Assembly: GCA_964577565.1 (NCBI GenBank) | Contig: CAZNZL010000002.1 | Coordinates: forward strand, 88,650 to 152,649 | Reading direction: 5' to 3' | DNA: 64,000 nucleotides | Origin: an uncultured Candidatus Saccharibacteria bacterium | Lineage (GTDB): Bacteria; Patescibacteriota; Saccharimonadia; Saccharimonadales; JAGQNJ01 | Shown here: piece by piece, positions 46,526 through 56,867 of the stretch | Layout of the letters: every line of letters begins with the position of its first letter | How positions within the stretch are numbered: the stretch's first letter is position 1 | Made by a program: the position numbers and the translations under genes | The notes under the pieces: model-generated | The model's database searches: none | What the model was told of the DNA's origin: nothing | What the model saw: the letters and a program-made list of their open reading frames with translations, nothing else

Positions 46526-48193
46526 TTGCCGATGGCAAAAGCAAATAACATCAGACCAGCAATACGGCGCTTTTTTAAGGGCGACATACATGACAACTGG
46601 GCCGCCAAAAGATTTTATAGCCATGATGCCAGCCTGTTTGAATTAGAGCCCGAGCTGGTTGTCTTTCCGCAAGATGTTGATGACATTTGTCAGCTGGTAA
46701 AGTATGTTCAAAATAATAAAAAATCAAACCCTAGTTTGTCACTCACTGGCCGTAGCGGCGGTACCGATATGTCGGGTGGCGCTATTAATGACTCAATCAT
46801 TGTTGCCTTCGAGCGTTATTTTACGCATATCAAACCTTTAAAAGACAAAACAGTAAGCACTCAACCCGGCGTTTATTATCGAGATTTTGAGCGCGTGACA
46901 CTAAAAAACAACCTGCTCTTACCAACCTACCCTGCCTCACGCGAGCTTTGTATGATTGGCGGTATGGTGGCAAATAATGCAGGCGGAGAAAAATCTTTAA
47001 TCTATGGTAAAACCGACCAATATGTAACTCAACTTACAATTGTTTTAAAAGATGGGCAAGAGCACACGTTTAAGCCACTACAGAAAGCAGAGCTCACAAA
47101 AAAGCTCAAAGAAAAGGGGCTCGAAGGTGATATTTACAGGGGTATCTATAAATTAGTAACTGAACAAAGCGAAACTATAGCCGGATCGAAGCCGCAGGTT
47201 AGCAAAAATTCTACCGGTTACAATATTTGGGATGTATGGGACGGCAAAACCTTTGACCTAACTAAAATTATTGTCGGGTCGCAAGGAACATTAGGTCTTA
47301 TAACTGAAGTAACGTTTCGTTTAGTGCCCGCTAAACCGCTGTCAGGAATGCTGGTAGTCTTCTTAAAAGACCTTGATTCACTCGGCGAGATTATAAAAGA
47401 GACCCTACCGCTACAACCCACAAGCCTGGAATCATTTGATAATCATACGTTAAAATTTGCATTTCAATTTTTCTTTAGTTTTCGTAAAACACTTGGCTGG
47501 AAACGGTTTATTTTGTTGGGACTCAGTTTTATACCGGTCTTAAAGCATATCTTGCGTTTTTTACCGAGCTTTCCCAAGATTGTTATGTTGTGCCAGTTTG
47601 AGGGTGACAATCAAAAACAAATAGATCAAAAAATCCTTGCCTTGCAAAAAATCATGGAACGCAGAGGTATTGCTACGCAACCAGCCGAAAACAAGCACCA
47701 AGAAGAAAAATTTTGGATAATGCGCCGCGAAAGCTTTAATTTGTTAAGAAAAAACGTGAGACGCAAGCACACCGCGCCGTTTATTGACGATTTGATTGTG
47801 CCGCCTGATGTTTTGCCAGAATTTTTGCCTCGCCTGATAGCTATATTAGAGCGCTACAAGTTTTTGTACACCATTGCTGGCCACATGGGTGACGGCAACT
47901 TTCATGTTATTCCGCTAATGAACCTAAGAAACAAATCAGAACGCCAAAAAATCTACCCTGCGTTAGAAGAGGTAACCAAGCTGGTGCTTGAATATCATGG
48001 GTCACTTTCAGGTGAGCATAATGACGGAATGATACGCGGACCAATGCTAGAACACATGTATAGTCCAGAAATGGTCGCAATTTTTAAGCAAATTAAACAT
48101 ATATTTGACCCCGACAATATTTTTAATCCGCATAAAAAAACTGACGCAAATTTGGAATTTTCTAAACGCCACATCAGGAGAAACTTTTTATAA
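46526..48193 (+). CDS. FAD-linked oxidase (PCMH-type FAD-binding; GlcD/D-lactate dehydrogenase-like)
   Basis: FAD-binding segment FPQDVDDICQLVKY...GRSGGTDMSGGAIND and a C-terminal oxidase domain. Confidence 0.7.
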   Translation: MPMAKANNIRPAIRRFFKGDIHDNWAAKRFYSHDASLFELEPELVVFPQDVDDICQLVKYVQNNKKSNPSLSLTGRSGGTDMSGGAINDSIIVAFERYFTHIKPLKDKTVSTQPGVYYRDFERVTLKNNLLLPTYPASRELCMIGGMVANNAGGEKSLIYGKTDQYVTQLTIVLKDGQEHTFKPLQKAELTKKLKEKGLEGDIYRGIYKLVTEQSETIAGSKPQVSKNSTGYNIWDVWDGKTFDLTKIIVGSQGTLGLITEVTFRLVPAKPLSGMLVVFLKDLDSLGEIIKETLPLQPTSLESFDNHTLKFAFQFFFSFRKTLGWKRFILLGLSFIPVLKHILRFLPSFPKIVMLCQFEGDNQKQIDQKILALQKIMERRGIATQPAENKHQEEKFWIMRRESFNLLRKNVRRKHTAPFIDDLIVPPDVLPEFLPRLIAILERYKFLYTIAGHMGDGNFHVIPLMNLRNKSERQKIYPALEEVTKLVLEYHGSLSGEHNDGMIRGPMLEHMYSPEMVAIFKQIKHIFDPDNIFNPHKKTDANLEFSKRHIRRNFL

Positions 48194-49365
48194 TGCAAGT
48201 GGTAATTGTAGGAGGCGGTTTTGGTGGCGTAAAAGCAGCTTTATCGCTAGCAAATAAACGCGACATAGAGGTTAAGCTGATATCATCGCAGAACATTTTC
48301 GAATATCATGCTGCCCTGTATAGAGCCGCTACGGGACGCTCACCGCTTGAGGTTGCCATACCCCTTAATGATTTTTTTGCCTACGCTCATAACATAGAGG
48401 TTGTGATCGATACTATAAATGATATTAATCCAAAAACTAAACACGTTTTAGGTGATTCGGGTGCTCGGTATCAGTTTGATGCGCTCATTTTGGCGATGGG
48501 CAACGTAACTGATTACTATAATATTAAAGGGTTAAAAAAGTATTCGTACGGTGTTAAAACAATTCACCAGGCATTAAAACTAAAACGTCATTTGCACGAA
48601 CAATTGTTGAATGCAGAGTCTGACAATGACTATGTTGTGGTTGGGGCTGGCGCGACGGGCGTAGAATTAAGTGCTGAGCTAACGGCTTACTTAAAAAAAA
48701 TTCGTCGTAAGCACAAAATTAAACGCAAATTTACGGTTCATCTTATTGAGGCTGGCCCAAGGGTGCTTGCCGCTATGCCAGCAAACTTCTCAAGCGTAGT
48801 TCAAAAACGGCTCAAAAAGCTCGGCGTAAAAACACGTTTTAATACGCCTGTCTTGTCAGAAACCATGGACGGCATCAAACTTGAAACCAAGCCCATACAA
48901 TCGCACACTGTCGTATGGACGGCTGGCGTTGTCAATAACCCCTTGTTTAGTAAATTTCCGGATGTTTTTAAAACCGGCAAATTGGGGCGCGTAAAGGTAG
49001 ATGAGTTTCTACAAGCCTCGCCAGATTTATACGTTATAGGAGACAGCGCCCTAACACCTTACAGCGGCATGGCTCAAACCGCCTTAAAAGATGCTGATTT
49101 TGTAGCACGTAATATTTTACGAGCACAAAAAGGCCGGTCTGCTCTAACGTATCGACCCAAGCAGCCAGTGTATGCAATACCGGTAGGCACACGATGGGCA
49201 GCTGTTTTATGGGGTAATATTCGCGTACATGGGCGATTTGGTTGGGTGCTACGGCGTATTGCTGATCTTCGGTTGTATCTCTTGTTTTTGCCCATGGCGA
49301 AGGCGGTTCGGGTTTGGCGGTACGGCTATGAAGATGTTGAGGTTTGCCCGGTGTGCAAGCAGTAG
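48193..49365 (+). CDS. Type II NADH dehydrogenase-like FAD/NAD(P)-binding oxidoreductase
   Basis: Two Rossmann dinucleotide motifs, VVIVGGGFGGV and VVVGAGATGVE. Confidence 0.7.
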   Translation: MQVVIVGGGFGGVKAALSLANKRDIEVKLISSQNIFEYHAALYRAATGRSPLEVAIPLNDFFAYAHNIEVVIDTINDINPKTKHVLGDSGARYQFDALILAMGNVTDYYNIKGLKKYSYGVKTIHQALKLKRHLHEQLLNAESDNDYVVVGAGATGVELSAELTAYLKKIRRKHKIKRKFTVHLIEAGPRVLAAMPANFSSVVQKRLKKLGVKTRFNTPVLSETMDGIKLETKPIQSHTVVWTAGVVNNPLFSKFPDVFKTGKLGRVKVDEFLQASPDLYVIGDSALTPYSGMAQTALKDADFVARNILRAQKGRSALTYRPKQPVYAIPVGTRWAAVLWGNIRVHGRFGWVLRRIADLRLYLLFLPMAKAVRVWRYGYEDVEVCPVCKQ

Positions 49366-49377
49366 TACTATGTAGGT

Positions 49378-49812
49378 ATGATAAAAAAAGTCACTAACTC
49401 AATTTTTAATGATTTGATCTTTATTACGTGGATCGTTGCCCTGGTGGCTACAATTGGTAGCCTGGGTTTGAGCGAGGTTATGAATTTAACACCATGCACG
49501 CTTTGCTGGTATCAGCGAATTTTGATGTTCCCGCTTGCCTTTATTTTAGGGGTAGGTGTATATCGTAAAGACACTAATGCCGCCTACTATGGGTTGCCCT
49601 TAAGTATTGTTGGCGGGCTGATTGCGCTGTATCATTCATTGTTGCAATGGGGCATTATAAAAGAGGTAGTATCAACCTGTTCTATTGATAGCTCGTGCGC
49701 GGTCCCGCAGATTAACTGGCTTGGTTTTATTACCATACCCTTCATGTCGTTCTTATCATTCCTAGTTATAAGTGCCTTGATGTTTTTACAGGTACGACGT
49801 TTGCGTAGATAA
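49378..49812 (+). CDS. dsbB: Disulfide bond formation protein B (DsbB/BdbC family)
   Basis: Four TM helices. CxxC in the first loop (CTLCWYQR) and a second Cys pair in the second loop (CSIDSSC). Confidence 0.65.
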   Translation: MIKKVTNSIFNDLIFITWIVALVATIGSLGLSEVMNLTPCTLCWYQRILMFPLAFILGVGVYRKDTNAAYYGLPLSIVGGLIALYHSLLQWGIIKEVVSTCSIDSSCAVPQINWLGFITIPFMSFLSFLVISALMFLQVRRLRR

Positions 49813-49905
49813 ATTTTTTCCTAACAACAGAATGGTCCTATTGTTGTAAAAACTGCAGCGGTATTTTGATTGACAATGCTTATGTAAATTGGCAAAAATG
49901 GACAT

Positions 49906-50259
49906 ATGGGCTTCCGCCGCCGCGAGCATCATGTAGCATCCCTAGATGAGCTTAGCGCAGAAATTGCGTGTAATGGTGGTACGATAAGGGGATATTATTA
50001 CGAGACTACTGGCCAGCATCCCGAAATAGTGTCTGATTTTTCCAGAGAAGACACATTAGTAGAAGACGTGATAGGTGTGCCGGGTATTTTTCATCGTCCC
50101 GAAGGTTTTGAAGACCACAGCAATGATATAGTCTTTGTGTCTGAAGCGCTAGAAAGTTTTGGTGCTCGGGTGGTAACAGATGAGGCGGTAACCGGTTACG
50201 CTGTTTCGGTTTTAACGCGGCATAATCTTGGCGGAGCGGCTACAGCAGGCGTGCGCTAG
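49906..50259 (+). CDS. Hypothetical protein (117 aa)
   Basis: ORF only. Confidence 0.35.
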   Translation: MGFRRREHHVASLDELSAEIACNGGTIRGYYYETTGQHPEIVSDFSREDTLVEDVIGVPGIFHRPEGFEDHSNDIVFVSEALESFGARVVTDEAVTGYAVSVLTRHNLGGAATAGVR

Positions 50260-50387
50260 TAGTATCCTCCAGTTTGTTTATGCAAACGGTATTAGCTGGG
50301 GCGTAGTTGCACTAAGTTTTCTGCCTCTTAAAAAGTAAAAAATGTACTCGCGACTGCCAGCTACAATCTAAAATCTTACAGACGCAA

Positions 50388-51494
50388 TTATTTATGCTGC
50401 TGGCTGGTATTTTGAGTTTGCGGAGATTCAGATGGGTTTGAACTGGGCGGTGTTTTCTCGGGCGTGGTTGGACTGGTGCGCTTTTGAATAACTTTATAGG
50501 TAACAAAAAGGATAACGCCAACGAGCAATAAACCAATGCCAAATAACGAGAAGTAACCGCTTATAAGATTGGCAAAATGCTGACTGATATGTTGAAGGGG
50601 CTTTTGAAATTCATTGGCTCCAGCCTGTTTTTCAGCCAGCGCAAAGACGCCTTTGACTGTTCCTTGCGAAATAAAGCCCAGCAATAGATACAACAAGCCA
50701 AGCGGAATAGCGGCCAGGCCTAGGGTTCGTAACGCTCGGTACCGTGGTTGGCTAAAGACTGCTATAACTGCTACTGCCACTACAAACAACACTCCGCTTA
50801 TTAGCGGCAGCCGTTTTACCCAGGTATATGTTGATTTAATCGGGGCAAGGTTTTGACTAATCGATTGCTGGCTTTCTTGCTCGATCTGTTGACTAGTGGT
50901 TGCGGTGTTTTCGTTACCAGGATTGCTTTGGGCATCTTGGCCTAAAAGATTGTTCGCATCAGTCGCCAGGATTTGTTGACGGACTTTCTCGACTTCTGCG
51001 GCTGTATTATAGCCGCGGGGAATGCATTCAATGGCCGTAATGTCATTGGTGGTGGGTACTACGCTGCGCGAGCAAGCAGGCAGAGTAGCCAAGCGTGCTT
51101 CTATATTTTGTGTTACGTGATTAGCAAAGTTTGCCTTAATTGCGTCTACATCGATCTTGATCTGGGGGTTGTCCGTCTTGCCATCTAACCAGGCGTACGT
51201 GGTATCTATACCGTCTTCTGCAATATTTTGAATGGTTTCATCGCTAAGAGATTTGTTTATGGCATCTTCTACCAGGGGGCCTGACACTTGTTGAGCGGTT
51301 TCGTCGCCTTGTATAAATTGTGAGCGAACCTTCTGTGCCGTTATACTGTATAGTTCACTATCTTTTAAGAGTTGCTTTGTCTGCTCTGGCTGGCCAACCA
51401 CCTTAAGAAACACAATGCTACCAACAAACAAAAGGGCGCTAATTACCAAAATGAATTTGCTTATGCCTACTGCTACTTTGTGTGAGGTTTTCAT
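50388..51494 (-). CDS. Membrane protein with a C-terminal S/P/T/Q-rich tail, hypothetical
   Basis: N-terminal TM helix plus two C-terminal TM helices. The tail is SPTTPEKTPPSSNPSESPQTQNTSQQHK. Confidence 0.45.
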   Translation of the reverse strand: MKTSHKVAVGISKFILVISALLFVGSIVFLKVVGQPEQTKQLLKDSELYSITAQKVRSQFIQGDETAQQVSGPLVEDAINKSLSDETIQNIAEDGIDTTYAWLDGKTDNPQIKIDVDAIKANFANHVTQNIEARLATLPACSRSVVPTTNDITAIECIPRGYNTAAEVEKVRQQILATDANNLLGQDAQSNPGNENTATTSQQIEQESQQSISQNLAPIKSTYTWVKRLPLISGVLFVVAVAVIAVFSQPRYRALRTLGLAAIPLGLLYLLLGFISQGTVKGVFALAEKQAGANEFQKPLQHISQHFANLISGYFSLFGIGLLLVGVILFVTYKVIQKRTSPTTPEKTPPSSNPSESPQTQNTSQQHK

Positions 51495-51512
51495 GACAAG
51501 TGTTTATGCTAT

Positions 51513-51932
51513 ATGTATACTTGTAGTATGCAGGAAGAAAGCGTTTTTACCAAAATTATTAAGGGTGATATTCCGAGCTATAAAATTTATGAAGATGATC
51601 AGGTCTTGGCGTTTCTTGATATTCACCCTATTCAGCCTGGACATATATTGGTAGTGCCAAAAGTTCAAATCGATCATCTTTGGGATTTACCTGACGATGT
51701 CTACCAGGCCGTTTGGCGTGTTTGTAAACAGTTGGCTGCTCACCTACAGAGTCGCCTTGGGGTTAAACGGGTTGGCGTCCAGGTACTGGGCCTTGATGTG
51801 CCTCATGCGCACGTACATCTTGTACCCTTTAATACATCTGCAGAATTTAGACACATACCTGATTTACAGGCAGAACCAGATCATGTTGCCTTGGCGGAAA
51901 TGGCTCAAAAACTTAAGCTGGAGGCCCTGTAA
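51513..51932 (+). CDS. HIT-family nucleotide hydrolase
   Basis: Histidine triad HAHVHLVP and PGHILVVPK. Confidence 0.85.
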   Translation: MYTCSMQEESVFTKIIKGDIPSYKIYEDDQVLAFLDIHPIQPGHILVVPKVQIDHLWDLPDDVYQAVWRVCKQLAAHLQSRLGVKRVGVQVLGLDVPHAHVHLVPFNTSAEFRHIPDLQAEPDHVALAEMAQKLKLEAL

Positions 51933-52114
51933 TGCCCCCTACCGTCGTAGCCCTTATGTTTGGCGCTGGGTTTGGCGCTTGGGTTTATACAAAAATTTAT
52001 CGAAACACGGGGGGTAATACCCAGAATGCTCTGGTCGTGGCGGCGGTAGCAACGGTTTTTGGCTTTATGGCGATGTTATTACTGTTGCGTTTTATAGACC
52101 AAGCCTTGCTGTAA
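51932..52114 (+). CDS. Small two-TM membrane protein
   Basis: 60 aa, hydrophobic. Its start overlaps the HIT gene stop. Confidence 0.4.
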   Translation: MPPTVVALMFGAGFGAWVYTKIYRNTGGNTQNALVVAAVATVFGFMAMLLLLRFIDQALL

Positions 52115-52237
52115 CTAGCCATTTAATACTAGTTTTGCCTTCCCTTTTTCGTCCACAACTGGTAATATGAGGTTTATATGGATCCCGTTAAGCGCTTGAT
52201 AAGCAGAGTGTTTTATGGGTAAAAGGAGTAATCAAGG

Positions 52238-53134
52238 GTGGAATCAGCAGATTTAGCAAATCTCCAGAGACCTAACGGGATGGACGAGGTAGGTCTCGGT
52301 AAACAGCTGCAAAACGCGCGCGTCAGTGCGGGCTTAACGCAACAAGTACTCTGTCAAAAAGCAGAAATTTCTTACTCTACCCTTGCAAAAATAGAACGAG
52401 GCGCCATTAAGGCGCCATCAATTTTTACCATCGAGCGGATTGCTGACGTTTTAGGAATGTCGTTAGATGAGCTATTGGGCCGCCAAGTAGCCCCTACCCT
52501 CCCCCCGATAATGCCAAAAAAGACCTCTAAAAGCGGTGTGCGGTTTGTTTATTTTGATGTAAATGGTTGTTTGGTGCGCTTTTTTCACCGTGCCTTCCTG
52601 CGCCTAAGCGAAGAGCGAGGTGTTCCGGCTGACGCTGTCGAGTCTACTTTTTGGCACTACAATGATGCGGTTTGCAGGGGCGAAATGAGCATGGATGACT
52701 TTAATGCGCGACTTGCAGAAGCCCTCGGCCTGCCAGAGGTTGATTGGGCTGATTATTATATGGAAGAGGTTGACCCCATCCCCGAAATGCACGAATTGCT
52801 TACGTGGGCAGCCGAACATTACCAGATTGGGCTCTTAACCAATATTATGCCCGGTTTTATTGATGAAATGCTCGAACTCAAGCTTATCCCTAACCTCCCC
52901 TATACAGCGATTGTTGATTCGTCACAAGTGGGCTCAATCAAACCAGAAGAAGATATTTACAAAATTGCAGAAGAAAAAAGCGGCTGCGAGCCAAAAGAGA
53001 TTTTACTTGTTGATGACAGCCGGTCTAATGTCATTGCGGCTGAAAAACGTGGCTGGAAGGTGTTGTGGTTTGATGATTATCGCCCAGCCGAAAGTGCCGA
53101 GCGTATTAAGCAAGCCCTTGAATTTGCCGATTAG
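52238..53134 (+). CDS. XRE-family HTH domain fused to a HAD-superfamily hydrolase domain
   Basis: N-terminal LTQQVLCQKAEISYSTLAKIERG (HTH_XRE). C-terminal LLVDDSRSNVIAAEKRGWKV (HAD motif III/IV region). Confidence 0.6.
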   Translation: MESADLANLQRPNGMDEVGLGKQLQNARVSAGLTQQVLCQKAEISYSTLAKIERGAIKAPSIFTIERIADVLGMSLDELLGRQVAPTLPPIMPKKTSKSGVRFVYFDVNGCLVRFFHRAFLRLSEERGVPADAVESTFWHYNDAVCRGEMSMDDFNARLAEALGLPEVDWADYYMEEVDPIPEMHELLTWAAEHYQIGLLTNIMPGFIDEMLELKLIPNLPYTAIVDSSQVGSIKPEEDIYKIAEEKSGCEPKEILLVDDSRSNVIAAEKRGWKVLWFDDYRPAESAERIKQALEFAD

Positions 53135-55683
53135 CTGAGGCGTTCTAGCTCGGCCGTAAAGGCTGCCACTTCTGCTTCTGCAAGCGCGAGCTGGTCTTTG
53201 GTTTCTTGTACGACGTGGGCGGGCGCGTTAGCCACGTACGACTTGTTTGCAAGGCGTTTTTTAAGCGAGCTAACAGCTTGTTCAGCCTGTGACTGTTTTA
53301 TGCGTAGCTCGGCTACATAGGCCGTGTAGGCTTCATCAGGAACTTCTAACCAGCCCTCGGCTGACTGTAGCTTAACACCGTCTGATTGACTAACCTCTTG
53401 CAAAGATGCAACACCAGCCAGGCCTTGTATAAGCTCAGCATGTTTGGCGATTAAACTGTCCGCTAAATAACTCAACATCGGTTTGTTGAGTTTGAAGTTC
53501 TTTGATAGCTGGCGAATTTCACCCACTACTGCCTTGACTGCTTCAAATTCTGTGGCGAGGGCTTTGTTGCCTGCCACCACATGAGGCCACGGGGTGGTTA
53601 TCAGCAGGCTGTCTTTCTGCCAGCCCAGCGTTTGCCAAATGGTTTCGGTGACGAATGGCGCAAACGGGTGAGCAAGCTTAAGAATAGTTTCAAGCACATA
53701 CGCTAACATGTCGCTATTGTTCTCTGTTTTAGCGGCTTCTATGTACCAATCGGCTACGTCATTCCAGATGGTGTGATAGACCAGCTCATAGCTTTCTGCA
53801 AAACGATAATCTTCTAAGTACTCCCCTACTTTTTCTGTGGCATGTTGTAAAAGATTCAACACCCAATGATCAGCTGTTGTTTCTGGTTTAGGCGGAGCAG
53901 GTTGATAATTTGCTCCTACCTTCCCTTCTACAAAACGGGCGATATTCCATAGCTTATTACAGAAGTTCCGTCCCCCTATGACCTTGGCCATTACAAACGG
54001 CTGGTTATTACCAGGTGTTTGGCCGCTTACCATTCCCATGCGCAGGGCATCTGAGCCATAGGTGTTGATCACATCCATAGGGTTAATAACATTACCTTTG
54101 CTTTTGCTCATCTTGGCGCCGTGCTCATCCATAATAAGGCCGTGCAGATAAACTGTTTTAAAGGGGACTTTTCCGGTTACGTACAGCCCAAGCATAATCA
54201 TGCGAGATACCCATTGTGCCATAATGTCAAAGCCGGTCTCCATAAGGCTATTAGGGTAGAATTTCTTGTAGTCGTTACTATTCGGGTAGCCGAGGGTGGC
54301 AAAGGGCCACTGACCGCTTGAAAACCACGTATCAAAAACATCCGGGTCGCGCTTATAGGTTTGCCCATTAACGGTTATAAACTCTTCGTTTACTCGAGTA
54401 TCAAAGATCCAGTCTTGGTCATCTTCGGTGTTTTGAAAGGCTGGTATTGGAATGCCCCACGCAATTTGGCGTGAAATATTCCAATCTTTTAAACCCTCTA
54501 GGTAGATAATAAGTTGGTCTTGTTTTTGGGCCGGATAAAAGGTAATTTGATTATCTTTCAGTACTTTTATAGCTTTTTGGGCAAGGGGTTTCATATCAAC
54601 AAACCACTGTTCACGTAACAGCGGCTGAATAACGGTGCCACACTTGTAACAGTGGCCAACGCTATGATGGTGTGATTTTATCTTGGTGAGCAAGCCCTGG
54701 TTTTTAAGGTCAGCCACAACTTTTGTACGAGCTTCTTCTACGGTTAATCCACGGTAGTCCTCCCCTGCCTCATGCGTCATGGTGCCATCATGGCCAATTA
54801 CGCTAATTTGCGGCAGATCATGCCGCTCGCCCGCCTCAAAGTCATTGGGATCGTGAGCTGGCGTAATTTTAACGGCGCCCGTGCCAAACTCTTTATCTAC
54901 CATTTCATCGGCGATAATCGGAATTTCACGGTTTGTCAGGGGTAGCTTGGCCGTTTTACCAATAAACTTTTTATACCGTTTATCTTTGGGGTGGACGGCA
55001 ACAGCGGTATCCCCCAGCATGGTTTCGGGACGTGTCGTGGCAACAATAATTTGCCCGCTGCCATCTGTTAACGGATAGGCAATCTCCCAAATATGCCCCT
55101 CGGTTTCTTTGTGCTCTACCTCAATGTCTGCAAAGGCGGTACCATGAAACGTACAAAAGTTTACCAAGCGTGTACCTCTGTAAATAAGCCCATCATCCCA
55201 CAGCATTTTAAAGGTGTCATAGGCACGGCTAATCACTGTATCATCAAGCGTAAACGTAAAGCGACTCCAGTCTACACTGGCTCCCAAGCGTCTAATTTGG
55301 GAATAAAGGTTTTCACGGTTTAGGGCAACAAATTCCCAGATGGCGTCATAAAGCTCATCTCGCGAGTAATCAAAGCGGCTCTTCCCTTCTTTCTCAAGCT
55401 CTTTTTCATATACCACTTGGGTTTCAAAACCGGCATGGTCGGCCCCTGGTACCCACAATACTTCTTTGCCCTGCATACGATGGTACCGAACAACAATGTC
55501 TTGTAGGGCAAACATAAAGCTGTGGCCCACATGTAGATTGCCATTAGCGTTCGGCGGGGGTAAAACAATACTAAAAGTGCCCTTTCCGCCCCTGTTTTTT
55601 GGCGCAAACGTATCACTTTGTTCCCAAAGTTTATAAATGTCTGATTCGTACTTATTTGGTTCGTAAACTGACGGTAATCTCAT
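53131..55683 (-). CDS. valS: Valine--tRNA ligase
   Basis: HIGH motif PPPNANGNLHVGH, KMSKS, 850 aa, and a C-terminal coiled coil. Confidence 0.92.
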   Translation of the reverse strand: MRLPSVYEPNKYESDIYKLWEQSDTFAPKNRGGKGTFSIVLPPPNANGNLHVGHSFMFALQDIVVRYHRMQGKEVLWVPGADHAGFETQVVYEKELEKEGKSRFDYSRDELYDAIWEFVALNRENLYSQIRRLGASVDWSRFTFTLDDTVISRAYDTFKMLWDDGLIYRGTRLVNFCTFHGTAFADIEVEHKETEGHIWEIAYPLTDGSGQIIVATTRPETMLGDTAVAVHPKDKRYKKFIGKTAKLPLTNREIPIIADEMVDKEFGTGAVKITPAHDPNDFEAGERHDLPQISVIGHDGTMTHEAGEDYRGLTVEEARTKVVADLKNQGLLTKIKSHHHSVGHCYKCGTVIQPLLREQWFVDMKPLAQKAIKVLKDNQITFYPAQKQDQLIIYLEGLKDWNISRQIAWGIPIPAFQNTEDDQDWIFDTRVNEEFITVNGQTYKRDPDVFDTWFSSGQWPFATLGYPNSNDYKKFYPNSLMETGFDIMAQWVSRMIMLGLYVTGKVPFKTVYLHGLIMDEHGAKMSKSKGNVINPMDVINTYGSDALRMGMVSGQTPGNNQPFVMAKVIGGRNFCNKLWNIARFVEGKVGANYQPAPPKPETTADHWVLNLLQHATEKVGEYLEDYRFAESYELVYHTIWNDVADWYIEAAKTENNSDMLAYVLETILKLAHPFAPFVTETIWQTLGWQKDSLLITTPWPHVVAGNKALATEFEAVKAVVGEIRQLSKNFKLNKPMLSYLADSLIAKHAELIQGLAGVASLQEVSQSDGVKLQSAEGWLEVPDEAYTAYVAELRIKQSQAEQAVSSLKKRLANKSYVANAPAHVVQETKDQLALAEAEVAAFTAELERLS

Positions 55684-56501
55684 ACGTACTCGTACAGTAT
55701 AGCATCCCTGTTAGGTTTATCTTAAGTCGTCTATTTCATCCCGCCCGCGTTAGCGGGCTACGGATGACCTCTTTCTTGTGTCGTCAAGAAAGAGGCAAAG
55801 AAGCCGACTGGCGACTGTCTTCACGTGATGTATCTGATTATAAGGAGAACGTTTGCCTCCGGAACTCCTCAGTATAGTGCCACTGGCACTAGTACTTCGT
55901 CTAACATCCTCGGCAACAAAGTACACGTTCTCCTTACAACATCTACTCAGGTTCAGCCAGAGCCAGATATACTCCAGCCTCTTCTGGCTCCTGATGAATG
56001 AATATCAAAAGCACAATTGAAGCCTGAGGACTTCCCGGTAGCTGCCGGGTGACTGCAAGGAATCGTCCGAAGCATTGTGTCTTTTGACAATGAAGTCATA
56101 AAGAGCCAGGAGCTAGGCTGCGGCTTTTTGGCATACTTTTGCAGCTGTAGGTAAAAGTATGTCGCTATAGGCAACGAAGTTGCCGAGTGAAAGTATTTAG
56201 AAGAGGGGAGAGAGGGTGTTTAATGTCGTTATTCAAGTGCAAGTAGGAGAAAAACTAAAAAAAAACACCCCTGTTGGAGTGAAAAATTTCACGTGAAATA
56301 AAGCAAACTTAACACAAATCACTCGGTTAAGTGCTTACAAATCCCACCCAGATTAAACTGAAACTTTTGTTTCGTATGTGCGATCCTGATGGATTTCAGG
56401 ACGGTACCCTCGTGTTTGTTTTACCCCTCTATACTACCAAGCCAAAACGAAAAGCATCAAGATTGACAAAAAGCATAAGCAGTGCTATAATACTTAATGT
56501 T

Positions 56502-56816
56502 ATGTCAAACACAAACATCGTAACTAATCCTCCAGAAGCCGTTCCAGATCAATCCGGCTGGGTTAAGATTGGAGAATATACGCTCGATCACTTAGATGGG
56601 CCAGGAACTGAGGCGGGCAAAACACGGCTCGATGAAATTAGAGAGCATCATAAAGCCCTCGGCGCGCGAACGGTAGAAATCTCGATGAACGGCAAAAACT
56701 CTGATGAGGCAAACCATTGGAATATCCAGAATGCTCGCTTGGGTGGTCCCAAAGGTGACAATATCTTCTCAGTATCTGCTCATTATCCACCCCAAGAAAA
56801 GGGCAGGGAAGAATAA
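56502..56816 (+). CDS. Hypothetical small protein
   Basis: The ORF track starts at 56331. A sigma70-like promoter TTGACA(56462-56467)-17-TATAAT(56485-56490) precedes the ATG at 56502 (MSNTNIV...), so the shorter start is preferred. Confidence 0.4.
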   Translation: MSNTNIVTNPPEAVPDQSGWVKIGEYTLDHLDGPGTEAGKTRLDEIREHHKALGARTVEISMNGKNSDEANHWNIQNARLGGPKGDNIFSVSAHYPPQEKGREE

Positions 56817-56867
56817 TATAGCACCGTAGTCCGCCTAGTTTAACGTACTTCTAACGAAAGTGAAGCG

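Noticed and set aside
55684-56330. T-box riboswitch, tmRNA or RNase P RNA upstream of valS.
   Set aside because: I found no T-box (AATTAGGGTGGNACCGCG), no tRNA-like 3' end, and no GGAAAGTCCGG/ACAGAAACCCGGCTTA motifs on either strand. The idea is left as unresolved in the findings.
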